This document shows, piece after piece, positions 17,590-25,695 of a DNA stretch of 29,650 nt (position 1 is the stretch's first letter; each line of letters opens with the position of its first letter). The notes beneath the pieces were generated by a model, which saw only the letters and a program-made list of their open reading frames with translations, did not search any database and was not told the origin of the DNA. The translations under genes were made by a program, and so were the position numbers. The DNA comes from Candidatus Eiseniibacteriota bacterium (GTDB lineage: Bacteria; Eisenbacteria; RBG-16-71-46): NCBI GenBank assembly GCA_031364845.1, contig JANLWX010000170.1:1-29650 (forward strand). The letters are read 5' to 3'.

Positions 17590-18591
17590 TCAGTCCGGAT
17601 CCTGCGCGTGGCCGAGCGCCTTCAGCGACAGCCCTTCGGCGCGCAGCAGGATCAGGCCGATCGTGGTGACCGGCAGCCACTGGCTGAGCCAGTAGAACCA
17701 CGAGAACGCGGCGGCGATCTGCGCGGGAACGTCGAACAGCGCGAGTCCGTAGGTGCACGCGATGTTGAGCGTGCCGATGTAGCCCGGAGCCGCCGGCACC
17801 ATGATGCCGATCGCCGTGATCACGAGCATCACGAGTCCGCCGTACCACGGAACGTCGATGTGGAGCGACCACAGGCTCACGTTCAGGCCGAGCACCACCA
17901 CGCCGAACATCACGAACGAGAGCAGGAACACCCACAGCAGCCGCGGCACGTCGCGGAACAGGCCGAGCCCGTCGAGGAACTGGCCGAGCGCGTGACGCGC
18001 GCGCTCGCGCGTCTGCTCGGGAAGTGCCGCGGTCGCGCGGTCGACGAGCGCGTGCATCAGCTTCGGCTGGCGCTCGAGCACGACCAGCAACCCGGTCAGC
18101 GCGATGCACGAGAACATCAGCAGGCGCGCGCCGAGATGCGCGAGGCGGCCCGCTTCGGTGGTCTGCGACAGGGGATGGACCAGCAGCGCGATGCCGAAGA
18201 TCGCGATCAGCGTGATCATGTCGACCACGCGCTCGACGATCACGGTCGCGAACACGGCGGTCTTGGACATTTTCTCGCGCCGCGCGAGCGCCCACGCGCG
18301 GACGAACTCACCGAGCCGGAACGGCAGCAGGTTGTTCGCCATGAACCCGATCATGGTCGCGCGGAACAGGCTGTCGAACGACACGCGCCGGCCGGCCGGC
18401 ATCAGCCACCGCCAGCGCACCGCGCGGATCCAGAATCCGAGCAGCGTGGTGCCGATCACGCCGGCGAATCCGATCAGCCGCGCGCGCCGCAGCGCCTCCC
18501 ACACTTCGGCGGGGCGCACGTCCTTCATCGACAGCCACACGCACACCGCCGAGACGGCGAGCATGAGGCCGAGCTTGAGACTGCGACTCAC
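17590..18591 (-). CDS. Lysylphosphatidylglycerol-synthase-TM / UPF0104 flippase-like membrane protein
   Basis: RAVRWRWL, IGFMANNLLPFRLGEFVRA, ERVVD and VPAAPGYIG motifs. GTG 18591 overlaps the TGA of the DUF2304 gene. Confidence 0.87.
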   Translation of the reverse strand: MSRSLKLGLMLAVSAVCVWLSMKDVRPAEVWEALRRARLIGFAGVIGTTLLGFWIRAVRWRWLMPAGRRVSFDSLFRATMIGFMANNLLPFRLGEFVRAWALARREKMSKTAVFATVIVERVVDMITLIAIFGIALLVHPLSQTTEAGRLAHLGARLLMFSCIALTGLLVVLERQPKLMHALVDRATAALPEQTRERARHALGQFLDGLGLFRDVPRLLWVFLLSFVMFGVVVLGLNVSLWSLHIDVPWYGGLVMLVITAIGIMVPAAPGYIGTLNIACTYGLALFDVPAQIAAAFSWFYWLSQWLPVTTIGLILLRAEGLSLKALGHAQDPD

Positions 18592-18965
18592 CCGGCGTCC
18601 CGCGCGCCCGTGGCCGGCGGGCCGTGCTCGACTTCGTGGCGCAGCAGCGCCAGTTCGCGCGCGAGCATCTGGTTCTCCTGCGTGAGCCGCGACATCTTGA
18701 CCGACAGATACAGCAGCATAGCGATCGTGAACGCGAGGCCGATCGCGAACACGGTCGAGCTCTCGAACAGCATGCCGAGCGCGTGCGTGATGCCGCGCAG
18801 CAGCGGCGTCGAGAATCCGAGCAGCGCGATCGTCACGCTCGCGAGCACCCACAGGAACGAATACTCCTCGGACAGCCGGCGGCGGCGCACGAGGTCGAGC
18901 ACGTAGAGCATGAGCCCGACCGCCGCGATCGCGACGATCACCTGGGTGCGCGACAGGAATTCCAT
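18588..18965 (-). CDS. DUF2304 family small membrane protein (GacJ/Rv3632-like GT2 partner)
   Basis: Three TM segments, LVRRRRLSEEYSFLW and SRLTQENQMLARELALL. SD GAGGAGG. Confidence 0.88.
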   Translation of the reverse strand: MEFLSRTQVIVAIAAVGLMLYVLDLVRRRRLSEEYSFLWVLASVTIALLGFSTPLLRGITHALGMLFESSTVFAIGLAFTIAMLLYLSVKMSRLTQENQMLARELALLRHEVEHGPPATGARDAG

Positions 18966-18978
18966 GGGTCCTCCTCGG

Positions 18979-19719
18979 CTACGGCGAGCGCTGGAGCCAC
19001 GCCATCAGCGACGCGATCAGATTCTTGTAGGGATAGTAGAGCGATTTGCCGAGCGTGTAGAACGACGTGCCCGCCTGACGTTCGCGCATGGTCACCGGCA
19101 CCTCGCGCAGGCGAAAGCCGTGGCGCGCGAGTGCGATCAGCAGCGGCGCGTCGGGAAAATCCTTAGGAAAGTGGTGCTGGCACACCTCCATCACCGGGCG
19201 GCCGTACGCGCGGAAGCCCGACGTCGTGTCGGAGATGCGCTGGCGGAGTGCGAGGCGCACGATGAACGAGAACAGCAGCATTCCCATCCGTCGAAAGCGC
19301 GGCGTGTGATAGCCGCTCGTCTCGACGTAGCGCGAGCCGATCGCGACATCGCAGCTTCCGTCGACGACCGGAGCGCACAACGCGTCGAGAAAGCGTGGAT
19401 CGTGCTGGCCGTCGGCGTCGAGCTGAACCCCGATGTCGTAGCCGCGCGCGACCGCCCACCGGAATCCGGTCTGGAGCGCGGCGCCGACGCCGAGGTTGAA
19501 CGGATGGCTCACCACCGCGACACCGAGCGAGCGCGCGACTTCCGCGGTGCGGTCGCGCGAACCGTCGTCGATCACCAGCAGGTCGTAGCCGGGTGCGACC
19601 GCGCGCACCTCGCCGAGGATGCGCGGCAGGCTGTCCTCTTCATCGAGTGCGGGGATCACGACCAGCACGCGAACCGCGGGCAAGAGCCCGCCCGAAACGT
19701 CAGCGCCCATCGGAGGCAT
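18979..19719 (-). CDS. GT2 polyprenol-phosphate glycosyltransferase (GacI/PpgS-like)
   Basis: VVIPALDEE, IDDGSRD, HPFNLGVGAALQTG, QLDADGQHDP, GSRY, DTTSGFRAY and MRERQAGTS motifs. Start 19719 or 19710. Confidence 0.92.
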   Translation of the reverse strand: MPPMGADVSGGLLPAVRVLVVIPALDEEDSLPRILGEVRAVAPGYDLLVIDDGSRDRTAEVARSLGVAVVSHPFNLGVGAALQTGFRWAVARGYDIGVQLDADGQHDPRFLDALCAPVVDGSCDVAIGSRYVETSGYHTPRFRRMGMLLFSFIVRLALRQRISDTTSGFRAYGRPVMEVCQHHFPKDFPDAPLLIALARHGFRLREVPVTMRERQAGTSFYTLGKSLYYPYKNLIASLMAWLQRSP

Positions 19720-20692
19720 GCGCGGATTTCGCAGACGACGCGGGAACCGACGGCACGCGCGCCAGCAGTGCGCCTGAGAACAGCGGCACCATGATCTCGT
19801 GGTGGCCGGTGATCGAATAGCCCTTGGAGCCCGCCGCTTTCGTCGGGCGCTCGACCAGATTCACGCGCGGGCGGTAGTGCTGGATCTGATCGAAGTTCGC
19901 GGTCGTGAGTCCCGAGAGATCGGCGCCCAGATTGCGCGCGACCGACAGCGCCTTCAAGAACACCTCGGGCAGCAGCACCGCGGAGCCGAAGTTGAGCACC
20001 ACCGCGCCCCGTGCCTCGGCGAGCGTCGCCGCGAACACGCGGAAGTCGCGCAGCGTCATGGCGCCGAGGGCGGCGCCATCGCAGCGCGGATGGTGGTGGA
20101 TCGTGTCGGTGCCGATCGCGACGTGCACGGTGGTCGGAATCCCGAGCCGCCACGCCGCGGCGAGCAGGCTCACGTCCGCATGCGGTGCGCGTGCTTCCAC
20201 GAGCGCCTTTCCCCAGCACTCGCCGAGACCTTCGTCGCGGGAGGCGCCTTCGGACATCGCGGCGTTCATGAAGTCCCCGGTCTCGTCGACCATACCGAAG
20301 CGGCCTTCGTGCAGGTTGGTCTCGACGTCCTCGGACGTGCGTCCTATGCGCGCGATCTCCAGATCGTGAATCGCCGCCGCACCGTTGAGGACGAGATGTG
20401 TCACGAGCCGGCGCTCCATCATCGCGATCAGGCACGGCGCCACTCCCACCTTGATCACGTGCCCGCCGCACATCACGACGATCGGGCGGCGTTCATCATG
20501 CGCCCGCGCGGTGCGCTCGATCACCTGGCGCAACGCTTCAGCCGCGAGTTGGCGGGGAAGGGACTCGATCACCGCGGCGGCCGCGGCAGGATCGAGTGGC
20601 CGCGCGAAGTCCGCGACGCTCACGCGGGTCGGGCGGTCGGCCGCCGATCCCACCGTGAGACGCGAGAGATCGGCTTCGGGGTAGCGGCCCAT
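19700..20692 (-). CDS. Conserved hypothetical protein with a deoxyhypusine-synthase-like (DHS-like NAD-binding) fold
   Basis: GGHVIKVG, HLVLNGAAAIHDLE, GIPTTVHVAIGTD, GSAVLLPEVFLKA and GHHEIMVPL align in order with DHS segments. SD GGAGG at 20703-20707. Confidence 0.7.
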   Translation of the reverse strand: MGRYPEADLSRLTVGSAADRPTRVSVADFARPLDPAAAAAVIESLPRQLAAEALRQVIERTARAHDERRPIVVMCGGHVIKVGVAPCLIAMMERRLVTHLVLNGAAAIHDLEIARIGRTSEDVETNLHEGRFGMVDETGDFMNAAMSEGASRDEGLGECWGKALVEARAPHADVSLLAAAWRLGIPTTVHVAIGTDTIHHHPRCDGAALGAMTLRDFRVFAATLAEARGAVVLNFGSAVLLPEVFLKALSVARNLGADLSGLTTANFDQIQHYRPRVNLVERPTKAAGSKGYSITGHHEIMVPLFSGALLARVPSVPASSAKSAHASDGR

Positions 20693-20758
20693 ATGCGGTG
20701 TGCCTCCGTCCGGTCGAGAACCTGCCGGCGCGAAGGCGCCACGGCTGCCTGGCCCTTG

Positions 20759-21712
20759 CTACCCGGCGAACTTCGCTTCCTGGAGCACGACGCTGATCGA
20801 TCCGATCAGCACCTTGCTCTTCATCAGCACCGGAATGCGGCGCTCGTCGTTCGTGATCCAGATTACCAGACGGCCCTTGTTCTTGAAGATGCCGCCGGCC
20901 TTCAAGATCGGCTCGATCGCGATGCAGTCGAAGGTGCCGGCCGGCACTTTGACCCGCTCGCGGCCGAGGATCTTGACCTCGAGCGGCTGGCTCTTGCGGC
21001 TCGCATGGTAGTCGAACACGATCGATCCGCCGATCGGCAGCGCCTGGAATCGCGTGTAGTAGAACGACGACAGTGCGTCCTGAACCTGCGCGGGGATCGG
21101 ATAGACCTTGCCGTTGTCGTACTTCGCTTCCTTCTTGTCGTAGTCGAACAGCATCTCGCTCTTCGCCCGGAACTTGCCCTCACGCCGGTTCTCGGCGTAG
21201 CGCAGGCTGTAGAGGCTGTCCTGGTCCCACATCGACTCGATGCGATTGCGGACCTTGTAGACCGAGCTGAAGAATCCGTTGGACTCGGCGCGCGCAACCA
21301 GTGCGTAGGCCGCGTGACCGTTGTACTGCTTGATCTCGGGCACCTCGAGCCACGCCGAGCCGGCCTTGATCACGCCGTACTGCACCGAGAAACGCAGCGA
21401 TTCGCCGGCGCGCACCGGATTTTTGGGTGCGGGCAGCGTCTCCAGGGTGCCCGCCGCGGGGCGCGCGACCGTGGATCCGAGTTCGGCTTCCGCGCTCTCC
21501 GCCGCCTCCTGAAGGATGCTGTCGGCCCGGGCGGCGGAATCCGCCTCCGTGCTGGCCGGCGCCGGGGTGAACCAGGCACAAAACGCGACGACGGCTGCCG
21601 CCAGTGAGGCGACAGCGCCGGACTTCCAAGCAAAGCGAGGGACTTGCGAAAGTCCGGACGCCCTTGGCCGGACCGGGGTCCGGCTCTTAGAATGCTTCAT
21701 CACGTTCATCAT
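20759..21712 (-). CDS. DUF3108 domain exported protein
   Basis: Hydrophobic signal segment, GESLRFSVQYGVIKAG, YKVRNRIES, QDALSSFYY, VKVPAGTFDC and WITNDERRIPV. Start uncertain (21712, 21709 or 21700). Confidence 0.85.
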   Translation of the reverse strand: MMNVMKHSKSRTPVRPRASGLSQVPRFAWKSGAVASLAAAVVAFCAWFTPAPASTEADSAARADSILQEAAESAEAELGSTVARPAAGTLETLPAPKNPVRAGESLRFSVQYGVIKAGSAWLEVPEIKQYNGHAAYALVARAESNGFFSSVYKVRNRIESMWDQDSLYSLRYAENRREGKFRAKSEMLFDYDKKEAKYDNGKVYPIPAQVQDALSSFYYTRFQALPIGGSIVFDYHASRKSQPLEVKILGRERVKVPAGTFDCIAIEPILKAGGIFKNKGRLVIWITNDERRIPVLMKSKVLIGSISVVLQEAKFAG

Positions 21713-21724
21713 CCTGATGAACTA

Positions 21725-21740
21725 CGCAAATGGGGTGCCG
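21725..21740 (-). promoter_or_regulatory. sigma54 (-24/-12) promoter candidate
   Basis: Minus strand reads CGGCAC-CCCAT-TTGCG, giving GG-N10-GC and closely matching TGGCAC-N5-TTGC. It points into the DUF3108 operon. Confidence 0.6.
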
Positions 21741-21767
21741 TCATTCCACGGCCGCGGAGAAGCCATC

Positions 21768-22979
21768 ATGTCGTCGAGCCAGTCGACTGTCAAACCCACG
21801 CTTACGCCCTCCGAACGACTCCTGAACGTGCCCGCCTACTCGCTCGCCATGGTGTTTCAGGATCGCGACGAAAAGATCAGACAGGGTATCGATGTGATCG
21901 ATCTCGGTGTGGGAAACCCTGACCTTCGCCCGCCTGCCATCGCCGTCGAGTCGCTCAAAGCAGCGCTCGACGACCCGAAAGTGCAAAACCACCGCTACCC
22001 GAGCTTCAACGGCCTGCCCGAGTTCCGGGCCGGTGTGGCGCAGTGGTACCAGAGCCGCTTCGGCGTGACGATCGATCCCAACGGCGAGGCGCTGCCGTTG
22101 GTCGGGTCCAAGGAGGGCATCGCCAAGTTCTTCCTCGCCCACACCAATCCCGGCGACACCGTGCTCATGTGCACGCCGTGCTATCCCGCCTACCTCGGCG
22201 TCGCGGCCCTCGCCCAGCTGCGCATGATCGAAGTGCCGCTCACCGCCGCCAACGACTTCCGCCCCGACCTCGCCGCAATCCCGGTCGAGGACGCGAAGCG
22301 CGCGAAGATCCTGTGCATGAACTATCCCAACAATCCGACCGGCGGCGTCGAGACGCCCGAGTTCTACTTGGAGTTGCTGCGATGGGCGCGCGAGCACGAC
22401 GTGTTCATCGTCTCCGACATCGCCTATTGCGACCTGTCGATGGATCCTTCCTACCGCTGCCGCTCGTTCCTCGAGTTCGACCGCGACAAGGAGCGCACGC
22501 TCGAGTTCCACTCGTTCTCCAAGAGCTACTCGATGCAGGGCTGGCGGATCGGCTTCGTCGCCGGCAACCGCGACGCGATGGCCAATCTGCTGAAGATCAA
22601 ATCGAACATGGATTTCGGCGTGTTCATGGGCATCCAGCGCGCCGCCCTCGCGGTGCTCACCGGACCGCAGGATTACTGCCGCGAAGTGTCCGAGGTCTAC
22701 CGCAAGCGCCGCGACGTGTTCCTGGAAGGCGTGAAGCCGCTCGGCTATCCGATCCACACGCCGGTCGCCACGCTCTACATGTGGCTTCCGATTCCGCGAC
22801 GGTTCACGACCGCCATCGACTTCACGAAGGAGCTGCCCGACAAGACCGGCGTGGTCGTGGCTCCGGGATCGGGTTTCGGCAAGGCGGGCGAAGGCTATGT
22901 GCGCGTGGCGCTGTGCGTGACCGAGGACCGCCTGCGCGAGGCGACGAAGCGGATGGCGGAGGCCGGATTCGCCTGGTGA
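21768..22979 (+). CDS. dapL: PLP-dependent class I/II aminotransferase, LL-diaminopimelate aminotransferase-like
   Basis: DVIDLGVGNPD, NHRYPSFNG, GSKEGIA, NYPNNPTG, SDIAY and EFHSFSKSYSMQGWRIG motifs. SD GGAG at 21756-21759. Substrate specificity inferred. Confidence 0.75.
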   Translation: MSSSQSTVKPTLTPSERLLNVPAYSLAMVFQDRDEKIRQGIDVIDLGVGNPDLRPPAIAVESLKAALDDPKVQNHRYPSFNGLPEFRAGVAQWYQSRFGVTIDPNGEALPLVGSKEGIAKFFLAHTNPGDTVLMCTPCYPAYLGVAALAQLRMIEVPLTAANDFRPDLAAIPVEDAKRAKILCMNYPNNPTGGVETPEFYLELLRWAREHDVFIVSDIAYCDLSMDPSYRCRSFLEFDRDKERTLEFHSFSKSYSMQGWRIGFVAGNRDAMANLLKIKSNMDFGVFMGIQRAALAVLTGPQDYCREVSEVYRKRRDVFLEGVKPLGYPIHTPVATLYMWLPIPRRFTTAIDFTKELPDKTGVVVAPGSGFGKAGEGYVRVALCVTEDRLREATKRMAEAGFAW

Positions 22980-23109
22980 TGCGGGCCGCAGGCCATCTTT
23001 CACGGAATTGCCATGGCGTGGCGTACGCCGCAGGACGTAGCATTCAGCGAGGCTGTTTTCGATTTCCGCATCATTGGCCGGGTCGTGCCGCCCATTCACC
23101 GGAGGGGTC

Positions 23110-24096
23110 ATGCATTCAGGCGTTCTGTGGATCGTTTCGCTCATGATCGGGCTGGCCTCCGCCACCCCGGCGCACGCGGCCTTCCACCTCATGAAGATTG
23201 TCGAAGTCTTCGCCGGCACCCCGGCATCACCCAACGCTCAATACGTCGTGATCCAGATGTACTCGAGCGGCCAGAGCTTCATCAGCGGGCACTCGATCAT
23301 CGTCGCCGACAGTGCGGGCGTGACGGTCGGCACGTTCCCCTTCACCGCCAATGTCGCCAACGGAGCGAATCAGGCCAAGGTGCTGATCGCGACCGCTGCG
23401 GCGACCACGTTCTTCAGCGTGACTCCCAATCTCACGATGACCGCGGTGATTCCGCCGCGCGGTGGCCGGATCTGCTTCGACAACATCGACTGTGTCTCAT
23501 GGGGGAATTACGCCGGCTCGACGACGGGCGTGGGCACGCCCTTCAACGCTTCCGGCGGAATCAAGCCGACCAAAGCCATCGTGCGCCGGCTGGACATCAC
23601 CGGGTCACCGACGCTCCTCGAGTCCGGCGACGACACGAACGTCAGCTCCAACGACTTCGTGTTCGCAACGCCCGCACCCCAGAACAACGCGGGGGTCCTC
23701 GGCGTCCCTCCCAGCTCGACCTGCGCCAACGGTGTGATCGAAGGGCTGGAGGAGTGCGATGGCGGGCCCGGTTGCTCCCCGACCTGCATGACGGTCGGCG
23801 TGGACGACCTGGAGATCCGCACGAGCGGGCGCGTGCTCGTCACGCCGAACCCGTTCCGAAGCGATGCGACCCTGCGTTTCGCGTTGGCGCAGGCCGGGGA
23901 GACCGAGATCGTGATCTTCGATCTGTCCGGCCGGCGGGTACGCCGCCTTTACCGTGCGTCGCTGCCGTCAGGTGCGCACCGCATGGTGTGGGACGGCCGC
24001 GATGACGCGGGCCGGGACGCCGGCGCCGGGCTCTACACGGCGCGGATCCGGTCCAACGGGCTGAACTCGAGCACGATGCTGGTGCGTATCCGTTAG
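23110..24096 (+). CDS. Secreted protein: lamin-tail-like N-domain, Cys-rich repeat and FlgD-Ig/T9SS-like C-terminal domain
   Basis: SD GGAGG 23101-23105 and signal peptide ending PAHA. Contains FHLMKIVEVF...QYVVI, CANGVIEGLEECD...CSPTC and PNPF...IFDLSGRRVRRL...WDGRDDAG...GLY. Confidence 0.8.
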   Translation: MHSGVLWIVSLMIGLASATPAHAAFHLMKIVEVFAGTPASPNAQYVVIQMYSSGQSFISGHSIIVADSAGVTVGTFPFTANVANGANQAKVLIATAAATTFFSVTPNLTMTAVIPPRGGRICFDNIDCVSWGNYAGSTTGVGTPFNASGGIKPTKAIVRRLDITGSPTLLESGDDTNVSSNDFVFATPAPQNNAGVLGVPPSSTCANGVIEGLEECDGGPGCSPTCMTVGVDDLEIRTSGRVLVTPNPFRSDATLRFALAQAGETEIVIFDLSGRRVRRLYRASLPSGAHRMVWDGRDDAGRDAGAGLYTARIRSNGLNSSTMLVRIR

Positions 24097-24191
24097 AGGC
24101 GAGGCCGATCGTGGCCTGGAGACTCCGCAGCGACGCGATCTGTTGGGTGGATTCTCTTGCTCGCGTCGCCGACCCGATCACAGCCCCGGAA

Positions 24192-25469
24192 CTAGCCGCT
24201 CAATGACCAGTCCTTCTCGCCGATCGCATCGCCTTCGACCGGCCCGAGCGCGGTCAGCGAGTACTGGCTGGTCTTCAAGAATCTCCTCGCCACGTCCGCG
24301 ACCTGATCATTCGTCACCGCCTCGATCTGGGCGACCTGCTCTTCGGCGGTGGTGTAGTGGTCGCTGTAGAGCTCTTCGTGCGCCAGGTGGTACATGTGGC
24401 TCGTTACGCTCTCCTGGCTCATGAGCACGCTGCCTCGCAGTTGTGATCGGGCGGCCGCGACCTCGGCTTCGCCGGGGCCGTTCGCGGCGAGTTGCTCGAG
24501 TTCCTTGCGCACCAGCGCCAGCGCTTCGCGCCCGCGCGCGGGTGCCACGCCGAGATGCACCGACAGCATTCCCGAGTCGCGGTTGAAGTCGAGCGCCGAG
24601 AACACCGAGTACGCGAGGCCCGCGTCTTCCCGCACGCTCTGGAACAGGCGCGAGCTCATGCCGCCGCCGAGCAGCGTGTTCAACACGATCAGCGGCTCGC
24701 GGTCCTCGTGCTGATAGGGCACCGCGCGCGCGCCGAGCGAGATGTACATCTGCTGCAGATCGTCTCTCACAACGTGTTTCACGGTGGGTGTGAACGCCGG
24801 AGGCAGTTCCGACAACGGGCGTGACGCCCCTGCGGGTGAAGCAAAGTGTGCGGAGACGAGTTCCACGAGTCGGTCGTGGTCGAGCCCGCCCGCGCCGACG
24901 ATGATCACGTCCTCACCCCGGTAGCGGGATCCGTAGTACTCGCGCAGCGTCTCCGGGCCGATGCCGTCGAGCGTCTCGACGGTGCCTAAGATCGGCCGGC
25001 CGAGCGAGTGGTCGCCCCACACCTGCTCGTTCAGCAGCTCGTTGACCTTGTCCTCGGGATTGTCCTCGCACGAGAAGATCTCTTCTCGCACCACCGAGCG
25101 TTCGCGCACGACGTCCTCGGCGGCGAAGCGCGGCCGGCTCAGGAGATCGGCGAGCACGTCGACCACGTCCGGCAGGTTCTCGGACAAGGCACGCGCGTAG
25201 TAGCACACCTGCTCGCGCGCGGTGAACGCGTCGAGGTTGCCGCCGAGCGATTCGAGGCTCGCGGCGATCGCGCGCGCGTCGCGGCGCTCGGTGCCCTTGA
25301 ACATCATGTGCTCGATGAAGTGCGAGATGCCGAGCCACTCGCCCGGCTCGTCGCGCGCCCCGTTGCGCAGCCAGGCGCCGACCGAAACCGAGCGGCGGTC
25401 CAAGGTCTCGGTGAGCACGGTGAGGCCCGAAGTGAGGACGGTGCGTCGATACGTGGGCGTTGAACTCAT
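24192..25469 (-). CDS. M16 family (pitrilysin-like) zinc peptidase
   Basis: Inverted zinc motif HFIEH, GGNLDAFT and LGGGMSSRLFQSVREDAGLAYSV. Conserved position downstream of pnp. SD GAGGA. Confidence 0.93.
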   Translation of the reverse strand: MSSTPTYRRTVLTSGLTVLTETLDRRSVSVGAWLRNGARDEPGEWLGISHFIEHMMFKGTERRDARAIAASLESLGGNLDAFTAREQVCYYARALSENLPDVVDVLADLLSRPRFAAEDVVRERSVVREEIFSCEDNPEDKVNELLNEQVWGDHSLGRPILGTVETLDGIGPETLREYYGSRYRGEDVIIVGAGGLDHDRLVELVSAHFASPAGASRPLSELPPAFTPTVKHVVRDDLQQMYISLGARAVPYQHEDREPLIVLNTLLGGGMSSRLFQSVREDAGLAYSVFSALDFNRDSGMLSVHLGVAPARGREALALVRKELEQLAANGPGEAEVAAARSQLRGSVLMSQESVTSHMYHLAHEELYSDHYTTAEEQVAQIEAVTNDQVADVARRFLKTSQYSLTALGPVEGDAIGEKDWSLSG

Positions 25470-25520
25470 GGGTCCTCGAAGCGTTGGGTGACGGGCGCGG
25501 CCACCAAAGTCGTGTGGGGA

Positions 25521-25526
25521 ATCATA
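25521..25526 (-). promoter_or_regulatory. Possible -10 element for the M16 peptidase gene
   Basis: TATGAT on the minus strand, downstream of the pnp terminator. The -35 is weak. Confidence 0.35.
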
Positions 25527-25631
25527 CGGCCCGGCGGGGTCCGGGCACAGCCGCCGCAGCAGGGCGAACAGCACCCGGTGCGTCTTCCGGCTGCCCGGTG
25601 AAACTGCACATCGCGTGCCGGACCTGAGGCC

Positions 25632-25667
25632 AAAAGACGACGTGGCAGGTCGCCCTGCCACGCCGTC
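25632..25667 (-). terminator. Intrinsic terminator after pnp
   Basis: GACGGCGTGGCAGG-GCGA-CCTGCCACGTCGTC followed by TTTT: a 14-bp stem with one G-U pair and a GNRA loop. Confidence 0.75.
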
Positions 25668-25695
25668 GTTTCAGGCTATTCCAACCGCCGTGCGG

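Noticed and set aside
19799..21607. 602-aa plus-strand ORF
   Set aside because: Antisense to the DHS-like and DUF3108 genes, with the Arg/Ala-rich composition typical of shadow ORFs.
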